Source: a virus (Duplodnaviria > Caudoviricetes). From it: a stretch of 38,558 nt of DNA. The position numbers and the translations under genes were made by a program. Of the stretch, positions 6,755-17,327 are shown in pieces. Each line of letters starts with the position of its first letter. The stretch's first letter is position 1. Below the pieces are notes generated by a model. It searched no databases and was not told the DNA's origin. It worked only from the letters and a program-made list of their open reading frames with translations. The stretch is taken from positions 1 through 38,558 of IMG/VR virus record IMGVR_UViG_3300020045_011116; one strand, written 5' to 3'.

Positions 6755-7279
6755 TTAAAAATTAATTACGTTAACATTGTTAAAAGCATTCGTGTATAAA
6801 GATGCTTTAAATTTAAAATCTGAAACGGGCGGAACTAATGATGTATATTTTAAAACACCATCATAGTAATATTTTACATCAATCCCATCGCTTACTATTC
6901 TACACAATAACCCATGAACAACCCCAACAATAGCAAATGGATTGGCTCCATTTTCATATACGTATAAATTAGCATCGCCTTGTCTTGATAAGCAATAATC
7001 AATATCAGTATAATTATTTGCGACTTTTGCCATTTTAGCAACACCAAACATTATATTATTATTGTCATCAAGAGTAAAAGAAACGTCAAAAAGACTTGAA
7101 GTACTTACTTGTTCTGACCAAGGATTTCTAGCAGTCCAGCTTGAATCAACGCCCCCGTTCGACTCAATTGAATGACCATCGTTAGTCACTAGCACGTTAG
7201 TAGTATTGAACCAATCAATTGGCGCAACACCACCTCCACCGCTTTTGCCGAAGTAATATCCAAATCCGAATCTGTACAT
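6755..7279 (-). CDS. Virion lectin-like beta-sandwich protein
   Basis: N-terminal FGFGYYFG-GGGG; C-terminal VKYYYDGVLKYTS typical of ConA/LamG-like modules. Confidence 0.55.
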   Translation of the reverse strand: MYRFGFGYYFGKSGGGGVAPIDWFNTTNVLVTNDGHSIESNGGVDSSWTARNPWSEQVSTSSLFDVSFTLDDNNNIMFGVAKMAKVANNYTDIDYCLSRQGDANLYVYENGANPFAIVGVVHGLLCRIVSDGIDVKYYYDGVLKYTSLVPPVSDFKFKASLYTNAFNNVNVINF

Positions 7280-7283
7280 TTTA

Positions 7284-7577
7284 CTATTTAGCGTTTATCA
7301 ACGTTCCTTGTCCAGCACCCCATGTTACTGATGTAATTATAGTGCTATGACGAATAGTTTTTGGCTGACTTAATAAAGTACCAGCACCACAGCCCAATAA
7401 TGTTGTAACATCATTTCCATTAACGTCTAAAATTTCATCAATTTCAGAATCCGCTTCGTCTATTACTATGCCGTCAAAAAATCCAGTTGTTGTTTCCGTT
7501 CCTGAAATTCCTGTCGTGCCATAAGCTGCCGACATAAATTCAAGCGGGGCTAATTTTCTTGTTCTTGTTGTTGCCAT
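7284..7577 (-). CDS. Small virion structural protein
   Basis: 97 aa, T/G-rich, tail region. Confidence 0.55.
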   Translation of the reverse strand: MATTRTRKLAPLEFMSAAYGTTGISGTETTTGFFDGIVIDEADSEIDEILDVNGNDVTTLLGCGAGTLLSQPKTIRHSTIITSVTWGAGQGTLINAK

Positions 7578-7614
7578 TTTTATTTGTTTTTATAAAGTTA
7601 GTATTATTAATTTA

Positions 7615-8706
7615 TTATGGTATTACATAAGTTCCACCACTTGGTACTGTTGTTATTGTATTTCCGTCACTATCTTTTATTGTCACTGGTTCTGGATTAA
7701 TTCCGCTAGGTTGACAATTTTTTCTAAACCCAGTGTCATCATATTTATCCCTAAAATCAACCTCTACGTTATACCATTTTTTATATGTGTTATCCATTTT
7801 AGGCGAATAGCCGTTTGATTCTTTTACAACGGCTTTTCTTAAATAATCATGTTTTGATAATCTGTTATAATTAGTCACAACAATAGAGTTACTTTTAAAG
7901 GCTCTATTTTTAAGAATCGAGTGAATCCAATCAGGAAAATATCCAGAATTAAACTTATACTTTGGATTAGTTAAATCTCTTACACGCTCAACTTCTAAAG
8001 CATTTCCAGAATAATAAGACGTTTCAATTACTTCTTGTTCATCTTTATCATATCTAAAATTGCCAGTTAAGCGAATCATTTCCTGCCAATTTATATTACC
8101 ATATTCTGTAATTGAAAAGTCGTCATCACTATTAGAAATAAATCCGTTGTCATTCCATTCAAATTTTATTGTTCTATTTGCTGAATCAACTGAATATTCT
8201 TTTAAGCAATACAATGGCGAATACACAGTAGTTGTGTATGATATTATACCAACCGTTCTAACTATTTTAACCCTATAAGTACCTTCGCCAAACGCAATTA
8301 AAACTGGTCGCCACCGCATAATAAATCCAGTAAAAGTTGGGTAATCTGTAAAAATTCCTAATGGAAAACTAGTCCCGTAAGTTGAATTTAAAACTACTTG
8401 GTCAACCCAACTACCACCAACATATTTTTGAAGCGTTAATACAAGGGTTGATGAAGGAAATGCAAATTGATATAAAAAACTAGCATAATCATTTTTGTAC
8501 GAATCAGGGTCGTCAGTTGACGCTAATGCTAATTGAATAAAATTTTGATTAGGGTCACAACAATTACAAATATCGTCCGCCTCTGGTAATTCTATTTGAA
8601 GTGGAAACCCTTGTCCATTAGTTAAAATCCTTGCGTTTAATTTAGTTCTTAAATACGCAAAATCCATTGGATTAATATTCTCATTATATGTCGTTTCCTG
8701 TATCAT
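7615..8706 (-). CDS. Tail tip/minor structural protein
   Basis: 363 aa, position downstream of tape measure. Confidence 0.6.
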   Translation of the reverse strand: MIQETTYNENINPMDFAYLRTKLNARILTNGQGFPLQIELPEADDICNCCDPNQNFIQLALASTDDPDSYKNDYASFLYQFAFPSSTLVLTLQKYVGGSWVDQVVLNSTYGTSFPLGIFTDYPTFTGFIMRWRPVLIAFGEGTYRVKIVRTVGIISYTTTVYSPLYCLKEYSVDSANRTIKFEWNDNGFISNSDDDFSITEYGNINWQEMIRLTGNFRYDKDEQEVIETSYYSGNALEVERVRDLTNPKYKFNSGYFPDWIHSILKNRAFKSNSIVVTNYNRLSKHDYLRKAVVKESNGYSPKMDNTYKKWYNVEVDFRDKYDDTGFRKNCQPSGINPEPVTIKDSDGNTITTVPSGGTYVIP

Positions 8707-11700
8707 TATTGATTAACTAAACATACTTTTAAAAGACCAGTTACCGAAGAACTAAATGTAAATGTTCCAGCACTTAATGAACACCCTTTACTCGTTTGCT
8801 CTATTCCGTTAACAAACAACATTATTTCTTGCGGGGTTAACCCAACTAACAAAGCATTATAATAAGATAATGCGCCAGAAACAGAGTCGGTAAATAATGC
8901 TACGTGATGTGATATTTTTACTGGTTGTAATGCTGGGATAACCGAAATTTCACCAGTTCCACTATTAAACACAGTAGTGGATTTTGTTGTCCCCTCTGCT
9001 CCATTACTTCCAGCAAACAAAATAAAGTCATCAATTGATGCTCCTATTAAAGACGGGAAAATTACGGTTCCAACCCCATCAGTCACACCAGTTTCAGCAT
9101 CTTTTGAGCAACACACTTTAATAATTCTACCGATTGACGGTGAAAAAGTTAAGGTGTCTGAAGCAATTGAAACGTCCGAAATAACGCTTAGTTCTAAACC
9201 TAAATTCCATACTAATAAATCCAATAAATTAAATCCTACTAATGCTGGTGAACTAAATAAAGTTGTTCCAGAAGCTACTTGAGTCATAATAGAAATATCG
9301 CAAATAGTTTGCGCATATTTACCCAACCTAGCACTTAATTTATAGTACGGATAAGTCATGGTTAATAAAGTCAAATCCAATGTTGCTATAACATCAATTC
9401 TAGGAGGCGATGCATAAGGATAGGCAATTAACTTAGCTTTATTTACGGCCATTTCACCAATCCATACAGTTGATGCGCTTGGTTCAACTATTGTGCTAAT
9501 CGCATCAATTGTCGTAGTATTTCCGTTTGGCCTATCTATTTCTAAAATTCCATAGTAATCTGGACAAGTTGCTAAATTTCCTTCACCATTAGAATAAGAA
9601 CCACTGCCAGATAATAATTCTACAAATTCACATTCACCAGAGCCACTTGTTATATCGTCATAAATACAAGGAAATAAACTTTCCCCATAAAAAGAAGCTA
9701 TAACCATAGTATTTCCTAGTGTTGATATTTGTTGAAGTAAACTACCTCCAGATGTTGTATATGTATTTATTTCGGCTGTTTTTTCACAGCTTTCGTACTC
9801 ATCATAATTCTTAATATTTAATTCTATTTTATGAGTACGCTCGTATTGCTCAGTATCAGACCCATTAACTAAATCTGCCGTAATAACTACATTAATATAC
9901 ATTTGCCAATCTGGAGGCAAATCATAATTTGACCAATTAGCATTTGAACTTGTAAAATCTGGGTCAGTTGTTAATGTAACCCATTCCATCCATTGTAACT
10001 TGGTAGCGTATTCTAAAGCGTAATAACGATAATTGGCATCAGCCGTTAATTCATTAAATGATAAAGTATTTTTTTCATCTGTTGAGTTTAATACGTATCC
10101 CCTAGTTGTATTTTCAGGGTTTGATAAACTTAAACTTTCTAAAGTAAAATTTCTTGTAGAATCCGTAGCGTGTTCAACTGTTACGCTAACAACTACTGAA
10201 TTTAAAGTACACGTCCACTCATTCGATACTCCAACTAATTTTTTTAACCCAAATTTTGCTATTTGACCAGTTGATAAAGTTGTTTTTAATCCATCTTCAA
10301 CCCACCCTTTATAATCTGTTGAGGCAAGAGTTAAATCATTTGTTGAATGTTCGTTTACTAAGCCATTATCAAACGTAATAATATCGGTAGTGTCTATAAA
10401 TAATTCAAATTGCCTATAATCACAAAGGACAGCCATGTGGTCACTCTCAGCAGTTGAGGTAATAGTAGTGTCCCCAATATCACAAAAAATAATATATTTA
10501 TTATCGTTGTTTGGGGCTGTATATGTAAAGTTTATTGTTGCGACAGTTCCAGAAACCCCAACAGTTGCTCCAGTAATTAAACTATTTGCAATTGCTCCTG
10601 CGCTTGGTGTTAAATAAACATTACTAACCGTAAAGTTAGTCCAGACATCACTAGTATTGTTTGAAAAATCAGCCGTATCTTCTGGTAATTGAAAAACGTA
10701 TAAATCAAATCTAAAGTCAGCATCAAAATTTCCTGCCGATGTTTTATTAATTACAATCTCAACATCCGTATTAACGTTTTTAGAAATCTCATCCCTTGCG
10801 CCACTATCATAACTAATAGTATCTAATTCAAAATTAGCAGTTCCACCGTTTCTAAATTCATCATAAAATCCAGTGTCACCGTTTTGTAAAAACGTTGATA
10901 AATTTCCATTATCGGTTGTATGGTCAGTCCCACTTGTTACAAATCCAGCAACTATTCTAGGAACATATTTTAAGCAGTTTGATAAATTAAACCAAGAAAC
11001 TAACGCTTGAGAAAGTTCTTCTGAGCTATTTTCCCAATCATTTAAAATAGCTGGTGAAATATGAAAAACGTGAGTAATTACAAAACGTTGTTCATATCCT
11101 GTACTTGAACCGCTTGTTCCAATTCCAGCTTCTTCAATAACATTTAATGCTTGTTCGGTTGTTGTTCCTGTTAACCAAGATTTATTTAATGTTTGAGGTG
11201 TTAGTGTTGTAGTTCCTGATGCATCAGCATCTAATCCCGTGGCTCTAAATTGTTGTGTTTCTCCGTCAATTAAAGACGTGTAAACAGCACCAGAACTATT
11301 TTCAATTAATCCAAAATAATAATCAATAGCTGTTACTGGGGTGGTTCCATAAACCGAATAAGTTGAACCTATTTCGGTAGTAAATGCAAATGTTCCGCTT
11401 GTAGAATCTGAATATGTAACATATAAAATACCTGACGAAATTCCAGTAACTAAAAAAGTACCTTCGTTTGAATTGCTTCCAGAACTTAATTCATCATAAA
11501 CTAAAACAATCGTATCACCAACTTTAAATCCCTTATCAATAAAATTAGTGCCGTCATTAGAAATAATTTGATTTTCGAATAACGTGCAATCAAAATTTAT
11601 AGCTTCCCAGTGAACAATAAAATCTATTGTTACTTCAATATAAGAACCAATTGAACCAGTCAACGGCCTAACTCCAGTTGAATTAAATTTTGATTTTAGC

Positions 11701-11723
11701 GATATGTCTAAAACATCAATCAT
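8706..11723 (-). CDS. Large tail/baseplate protein
   Basis: 1005 aa, acidic, S/T/G-rich, beta-like; tail module. Confidence 0.7.
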   Translation of the reverse strand: MIDVLDISLKSKFNSTGVRPLTGSIGSYIEVTIDFIVHWEAINFDCTLFENQIISNDGTNFIDKGFKVGDTIVLVYDELSSGSNSNEGTFLVTGISSGILYVTYSDSTSGTFAFTTEIGSTYSVYGTTPVTAIDYYFGLIENSSGAVYTSLIDGETQQFRATGLDADASGTTTLTPQTLNKSWLTGTTTEQALNVIEEAGIGTSGSSTGYEQRFVITHVFHISPAILNDWENSSEELSQALVSWFNLSNCLKYVPRIVAGFVTSGTDHTTDNGNLSTFLQNGDTGFYDEFRNGGTANFELDTISYDSGARDEISKNVNTDVEIVINKTSAGNFDADFRFDLYVFQLPEDTADFSNNTSDVWTNFTVSNVYLTPSAGAIANSLITGATVGVSGTVATINFTYTAPNNDNKYIIFCDIGDTTITSTAESDHMAVLCDYRQFELFIDTTDIITFDNGLVNEHSTNDLTLASTDYKGWVEDGLKTTLSTGQIAKFGLKKLVGVSNEWTCTLNSVVVSVTVEHATDSTRNFTLESLSLSNPENTTRGYVLNSTDEKNTLSFNELTADANYRYYALEYATKLQWMEWVTLTTDPDFTSSNANWSNYDLPPDWQMYINVVITADLVNGSDTEQYERTHKIELNIKNYDEYESCEKTAEINTYTTSGGSLLQQISTLGNTMVIASFYGESLFPCIYDDITSGSGECEFVELLSGSGSYSNGEGNLATCPDYYGILEIDRPNGNTTTIDAISTIVEPSASTVWIGEMAVNKAKLIAYPYASPPRIDVIATLDLTLLTMTYPYYKLSARLGKYAQTICDISIMTQVASGTTLFSSPALVGFNLLDLLVWNLGLELSVISDVSIASDTLTFSPSIGRIIKVCCSKDAETGVTDGVGTVIFPSLIGASIDDFILFAGSNGAEGTTKSTTVFNSGTGEISVIPALQPVKISHHVALFTDSVSGALSYYNALLVGLTPQEIMLFVNGIEQTSKGCSLSAGTFTFSSSVTGLLKVCLVNQ

Positions 11724-11991
11724 GTATTTTCTTAATCATTAATTTAATTTCTTCATCCGTAATTCCTTCAACCTTTATAGTAATGTCTTTATTTTTTGTA
11801 ACATTTAAAACACCTTTTTTATTATTCATCACAAACGGATAAGACTTTTCAACTACAACAGATTCAAATATTGTTTTTTCACTTACCGCACCACCCATTC
11901 CACTAATTGCCTTTTGTAAAGCATCATTAATCCCATTAAACTTTTGATATAATAACGTTGGGTCTATTTTATTTGGGTCTAGGTTTTCCAT
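11716..11991 (-). CDS. Hypothetical protein
   Basis: 91-aa ORF within operon. Confidence 0.65.
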   Translation of the reverse strand: MENLDPNKIDPTLLYQKFNGINDALQKAISGMGGAVSEKTIFESVVVEKSYPFVMNNKKGVLNVTKNKDITIKVEGITDEEIKLMIKKIHD

Positions 11992-12000
11992 TGCTTAAAA

Positions 12001-13773
12001 TTACAAATAAATAGTGGATGAATTAGGGGTTATTTGCTTTGCTTTTAAATTATTCGTATATTTTTGATTAACCTCAAATTCTATATCGGCCATGCCAGTA
12101 TAAGGGTTCCATTTTACCGATGTTAGTTTTGCCGTGTTGCCTTGATAAGTGCCGTAGTTATTACCTAAAATTTGTAAATACTCCTCACAGCATAACGGGA
12201 TAGTCCCCTTATATTTTAACCATTGATTCCCTTCTGAACTCGTGTAAACAGGTTTTAGTATTTCGTTAAAATGAAAGTTTTGGATTAGTGTTGGAGTTCC
12301 TAAGTATGTAGATGTTAATGGGTTAACCTTTACACCTAGTGCTAAATAGGTTTTATGTTGGCTAATAAAATGGGTGTCTAATTGTAAACAACTAATATTC
12401 GCCCCTGCTGGAATTGCTGGGACTGACATTGATGGCGCACCAAATAAAGAGGCTATTCCACTGGCTAAATTAGCGTAAGTATTAAAAATCTTTGTCATTT
12501 TAATTTCTAATCCGGTGGTAGTTGTTTTAACATTTGGGAGGGTAAAAGGAATCGAACGAGTGGTAAGTCCTTTTAGTAAAATATTCTTTTTGTTATTAAC
12601 AGTAACGGGTTCACAAATTACTTGCGTTATTCTGTTGTTTGGAGCATCGTAATCATATAAATCAATCCCATCATACTCATACTCGACCACATAATTTGTA
12701 CTTACTTCACTTAAATTAGTTCCATAAACCCCAATTGATTTAACCGCTGGAATATTAAAAGTTGAGCTAGTTATAAAACTACCTTTTCGCTCAAAATAAA
12801 GAGTGTTTCCAATTATTTTTGTTTCGCCATTAAATTCCTCTATTAATCCACGTAATAAATCGCCCAAAGTTCCATCGTAATAACCGAAATCGCTTGGCGG
12901 TGCTGGTATGCCGATTTTAGAACCTTCATAATTTTTTGGAGGCATTATAGCCTGTCGATAATATCTACTTGTAGAAACCGAAAATATTGAGCTGTAAAAA
13001 TTTAACCCTAAATATGCGCATCCTTTTTCTAAAAGTGTTCTTATATACATTGCCTTATGATAATAAACAAATGGGAAAATTAAATCCATTAATTGATTAA
13101 GCAATTCAACTAAAGCGATTATTAATATTACAATATAAACGGTGAGAGCTAGTAATTGAATTAGGGATTCTATAAATCCAGTTAGCCCACCTAGAATGGC
13201 CGCAGCAACATCGGTAATCCTTTTTACTGTTTCGAAAAGTTCTTTTGAAATTATAAAAACACTAATTGAACTCATTAATATTTCCATTTTTTGGGGATAT
13301 TTCCCAACCATGTAATAAGTATCAATGTAATCTGCCGAGCTAATATATCCAGCTTCGGTTGACCCTAATCTTGAAAGTAATTCAAAACGAAATGAATCAG
13401 CCCTATCAGTTAAAAAATCTATTTTACCAGTTTCACGAATTGGAACTTTTACAATATCACAAAAATATTCAGCGGACTCATCAGCGAAATTTAAACAAGC
13501 CGTTACGACATCATAAAAAGTACCGTCACAATCTAAAACAGCTTTATATGGTAATCCTTCCGTAATTCCATAACCACCAGTTAATCCTTCGGTAATATAT
13601 TCGTTTATTAAAACAGCATTATCACCAAGCCATTCAAAAGCATTTGTACTTAAACGCCTTGTATCTTGAGTAAATGATAATTCAATTTCAGTATTTTTCC
13701 ACTCTTTTGGTGGATGAACTTCAATGAATCCTAAGCCATCTAAAAAATCAATATAATGTCTTATTATTTCCAT
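12001..13773 (-). CDS. Tail tip/hub protein with internal hydrophobic segment
   Basis: Immediately follows tape measure; 590 aa. Confidence 0.65.
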   Translation of the reverse strand: MEIIRHYIDFLDGLGFIEVHPPKEWKNTEIELSFTQDTRRLSTNAFEWLGDNAVLINEYITEGLTGGYGITEGLPYKAVLDCDGTFYDVVTACLNFADESAEYFCDIVKVPIRETGKIDFLTDRADSFRFELLSRLGSTEAGYISSADYIDTYYMVGKYPQKMEILMSSISVFIISKELFETVKRITDVAAAILGGLTGFIESLIQLLALTVYIVILIIALVELLNQLMDLIFPFVYYHKAMYIRTLLEKGCAYLGLNFYSSIFSVSTSRYYRQAIMPPKNYEGSKIGIPAPPSDFGYYDGTLGDLLRGLIEEFNGETKIIGNTLYFERKGSFITSSTFNIPAVKSIGVYGTNLSEVSTNYVVEYEYDGIDLYDYDAPNNRITQVICEPVTVNNKKNILLKGLTTRSIPFTLPNVKTTTTGLEIKMTKIFNTYANLASGIASLFGAPSMSVPAIPAGANISCLQLDTHFISQHKTYLALGVKVNPLTSTYLGTPTLIQNFHFNEILKPVYTSSEGNQWLKYKGTIPLCCEEYLQILGNNYGTYQGNTAKLTSVKWNPYTGMADIEFEVNQKYTNNLKAKQITPNSSTIYL

Positions 13774-16700
13774 TAACTATTGAATCCTTTAGGTTTATTA
13801 TTTTTGAAAATAGTTGTTTTAATCATTCGGCTTGTTTCAGTTCGAGTAATTAAATTTCCATTCCTGTCAATTAAAAAACTTGGCACAGGTTTATCATTTA
13901 TAGCTTGTTTCAAGCCCTTCATTTCATTTAACAATGGAGTTAAATTAGCCCCATAATTTTGACCTTGTTTTTGATTTACTAAAGCAATCATAGAATCATT
14001 TTGTACAGATAATCCCATTCTTTTTTGTGAACCTGTTTTTAATGAATCTTTAATTGCATAAAAATTATCTTTACCCAAACGAGCCATTTCTTTTTTAGAA
14101 AATATCCCCTCACTACCTTCGGCCTCGATTAATATTCCGCCTCTTTTATGTGAGTTACCTTGTAAAATACCACCATTTTGTTTTGCAACCTCATCACTAA
14201 TAACCCCACCATCTTCTAATCTTGCTGCAATTGCTTTAGATAATTGAACTTGAACAAACGCTTTTGCCGCTGCCGTGTTAGGGTCTTTTTGAGCATACGC
14301 AGCCATTAAATTAAAGAACGTTTCCATTTCCTTTAATTTTTGTTGCTTCTTTTGGTCAATTAAAAGTTGCTTTTCTTTTTCTGCTTGTATTGCTTTTTCT
14401 TGTGCAAGTGTATTTTCTAAACCACGTTCTGCAAGTGATTCTTGACGCTCAACATTTAATTTTTGTTTTTCTAATGCGTTTTGGTCTTTCTCAATCCTTA
14501 AATCTAATGCGTCTGAATATGCTTGAGTAATTGTTTCCATTGCCGAAATAGCCATTTCAATAGCTTCTTCTTCGGCTTGTTTTCTAATTTCTGCTTTTTT
14601 ATCCTCAACATACTGAACCATTTCAATTTCATTAGCAGCCCATTCGGCTTCTAGTTCGTCTTGGTCTAATTCTTCTTGAGCAAGTTCTTCTTTTGTTTTT
14701 TTAGTTTCATCAACTTTATCTTTATTCGCTTTTTTAAGAGCGTCTAATTGCGCACGTACAAATTCAAGTTCTGTTTTTTCAAATTCTTTATTATATTCGT
14801 GTTCAATTATTAATTTCTTTTCAAGGTAATCAACATTAACTTGTTTTAACGCTTGTGTTTTTTCTTCTTCATTAGATATGCTTCGTTCAATTGCGGTTTC
14901 ATTAAGTGTTTTTTCACGCTCAATAGCTTTTAAATCGTTTTGATATTGTTGTTCCCTGAATGCTTTTGCGTCTGCTAATGCTTTGTCTTTTGACCCTTGC
15001 TCACCACCTACTAAATCCCCAGTTGCATCGGTTATCGTGCCGTCCTTTTTTTCTTTTGCTGTCTTTTTATTTTGATTACGTCTTTTTAATTCTAAAGCTC
15101 TTAACTTATCAACTTCACGATAAAATTCAACAATATTTATTTTACCAGTTTGCAAAGATTTTATTAATGCCTCACCTTCGATTTGAGTTTCTTTTGTTGA
15201 CTCACCTAATACCTTATAAGCTAATGAAAGTTTTTTAGTTGCGTCAAATAATTCTAAAGTATTTATTTTACCAGCATGATGTAAATTATTTAATCCTTCG
15301 AAATAACCAGCGTTTTTATCAACCGCAGTGCTTAATTCATTAAACCCATCAATAACACCTCCAAAGTATTCAAGTATTCCAATTAACGCACTCTTAAATG
15401 AGTTTAAAATAGGGATTAATTTTTCACCAATACCAATTTTAAGAACCTCTAATTTATTTGAAAGTATTTCCGATTGCGCTGCTGCACTTCTATTGTTGAT
15501 AGTCGCTTGTTCGGTTGCTGTATTGGTTCCTGTAATTGCCTTGGTTAATTCCTTGTACTTATCTTGATTTTGAAGTAATATTTTACCAGCCGTAATGTTT
15601 TCAGCTCCAAATAATTTAATTTCTTTTTGCGCTCTTTTCGCTGGGTCTTGAATAGAGTTTAATTGTTTTTCAGCTTCTTTTAATGCCTCAGCAACATTGA
15701 ATTTTCCACTCTTAAATCCTAATCCAGCTTTTTGTAATTGTAACAATGAGCCTCTTAATTTTGTTCCGCCCTCAGCACCTTTTAATCCTTTTTCGCCTAA
15801 TATTTCTAAGAATGAAATTGTTTCTTCTAACGTTAAATTTGCTCCAGCAGCAACCGTACCGACATTTTTCATTGCCTCATCTAATTCAGGAACTTCAACC
15901 GCACCCTCTTTTGATGCTGCTGCCAATGCGTTTATTACTCGTGCAGATTCTTCACCTGATAAATTAAATTGATTTAATGAACTTGTTAAAGCACTCGCAG
16001 CAACTGGTAAATCTAAACCAGACGCTTGAGATAAAATTAATGCTTGGTCAGTAACTTCGGCCAATGCAACTTTATCTTTTAATAATTCAGGACGTGCTGA
16101 GCCGATTAATTTAATTGCATTTAAGTATTCGGAAGCCGAAGTTGTAGTTGAACTTCCAACTTCTTTTGCTTTTTCAGCGAAAAATTCTAAATCTGCACCA
16201 ACTAGTCCAGTAATTGCAGAAACCTCTTTTAATTGCTTATCAAATTCCTTGAACGCTTCGGTTGAGTCACGCATAAAAGAACCAACGGCCATTGCCCCTA
16301 ATGAAATACCACCTAAAGCCAATATAGTTGAACCTATGCCTTTAAAAGCACTTGCATAATTTCCAACGTTACGCTGTGAACGTCCTATTGCTAAATCATG
16401 TTTTTTTAATGCATCTGTATTGGTATTTATTTTTTGAGTTAATCCGTCAAATTCTTTTTTACCTTGTCTAGTTGAGGTATCCATTTTATCACGAATACGA
16501 ACCAAGGCATTTGTTTGATTTCTTAAATCTTCAATTGATTTTATTTGTGCTTTGGTAGCATTTTTTAAAGCTGTTTCATCTTTTATTAATTCCCTAACTG
16601 CTTTTTTACGTTCGTTTAATGCGTGTTGCGCTTTGACTTGCTGTGAAATTTCTTCATCAGTTAATATCTTCGCTTCTTTTTTCTTTTTATTTACATTATC

Positions 16701-16922
16701 AATTTCAACACCAACGTCTTTATAACCCTTTTTAAGTTTTTCAATTTCTGGTAATAATGAAGAAAATTCTTTTACAGTAGCAGATTTAGCCACTTGAATT
16801 TGTAGCTGTTTATTTATTTTTAGTATAGACTCGTATGATGCCTGAACCTCTTTTAATTCAGATACGGTTTGTTTTAGATTACCGCCCTGTGCAAAGTCGA
16901 GTAAAAACTGTATGTTCTCCAC
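13773..16922 (-). CDS. Tape measure protein (TP901-type core)
   Basis: 1049 aa helical; RNVGNY, FDKQLKEVSAITG, GLKGAEGGTKLRG motifs; GTG start. Confidence 0.93.
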   Translation of the reverse strand: MENIQFLLDFAQGGNLKQTVSELKEVQASYESILKINKQLQIQVAKSATVKEFSSLLPEIEKLKKGYKDVGVEIDNVNKKKKEAKILTDEEISQQVKAQHALNERKKAVRELIKDETALKNATKAQIKSIEDLRNQTNALVRIRDKMDTSTRQGKKEFDGLTQKINTNTDALKKHDLAIGRSQRNVGNYASAFKGIGSTILALGGISLGAMAVGSFMRDSTEAFKEFDKQLKEVSAITGLVGADLEFFAEKAKEVGSSTTTSASEYLNAIKLIGSARPELLKDKVALAEVTDQALILSQASGLDLPVAASALTSSLNQFNLSGEESARVINALAAASKEGAVEVPELDEAMKNVGTVAAGANLTLEETISFLEILGEKGLKGAEGGTKLRGSLLQLQKAGLGFKSGKFNVAEALKEAEKQLNSIQDPAKRAQKEIKLFGAENITAGKILLQNQDKYKELTKAITGTNTATEQATINNRSAAAQSEILSNKLEVLKIGIGEKLIPILNSFKSALIGILEYFGGVIDGFNELSTAVDKNAGYFEGLNNLHHAGKINTLELFDATKKLSLAYKVLGESTKETQIEGEALIKSLQTGKINIVEFYREVDKLRALELKRRNQNKKTAKEKKDGTITDATGDLVGGEQGSKDKALADAKAFREQQYQNDLKAIEREKTLNETAIERSISNEEEKTQALKQVNVDYLEKKLIIEHEYNKEFEKTELEFVRAQLDALKKANKDKVDETKKTKEELAQEELDQDELEAEWAANEIEMVQYVEDKKAEIRKQAEEEAIEMAISAMETITQAYSDALDLRIEKDQNALEKQKLNVERQESLAERGLENTLAQEKAIQAEKEKQLLIDQKKQQKLKEMETFFNLMAAYAQKDPNTAAAKAFVQVQLSKAIAARLEDGGVISDEVAKQNGGILQGNSHKRGGILIEAEGSEGIFSKKEMARLGKDNFYAIKDSLKTGSQKRMGLSVQNDSMIALVNQKQGQNYGANLTPLLNEMKGLKQAINDKPVPSFLIDRNGNLITRTETSRMIKTTIFKNNKPKGFNS

Positions 16923-16925
16923 GTG

Positions 16926-17327
16926 CTATTCATCTTGATTACGTTGACTCTTCGGCTTATTCGTTTTGCGAATAAAAGAGTTTAATCTATAAAATTCATA
17001 AACACTTAGGGAGGCAATCTCTCTAAAACTTAGCTTCATGTCAAATTTCGACATTGACATACAAAGCTCATCAAAGTTAACAAAATTTTCAATTAGTATT
17101 TTTGTAAGGGGTTTAATATTTTCGACCCTATAATCTTCAAGTTGTTTTTCTAAAACTTCCTTTTTTAAACTCAATTTAATGTACTCCATACGGCTCATAT
17201 TTCGACCCATAAGTTTAAGGTCAATTAAGGCTATGTCTTTAGAAGCTAATAAGTTAGGGGTTATTTCTTCCGACTCAGGGTCAGGAAATAGTATGTTTAA
17301 GCTATGAGAAGCCCCCCGATAAAAACG
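16926..17327 (-). CDS. Tail assembly chaperone, T-type extension (-1 frame)
   Basis: Frame is open 39 codons upstream of ATG 17210 and overlaps the end of the upstream chaperone ORF. Confidence 0.65.
   Translation of the reverse strand, partial: RFYRGASHSLNILFPDPESEEITPNLLASKDIALIDLKLMGRNMSRMEYIKLSLKKEVLEKQLEDYRVENIKPLTKILIENFVNFDELCMSMSKFDMKLSFREIASLSVYEFYRLNSFIRKTNKPKSQRNQDE

Noticed and set aside
5114-11723. Diversity-generating retroelement target
   Set aside because: No reverse transcriptase or TR/VR pair seen in this window
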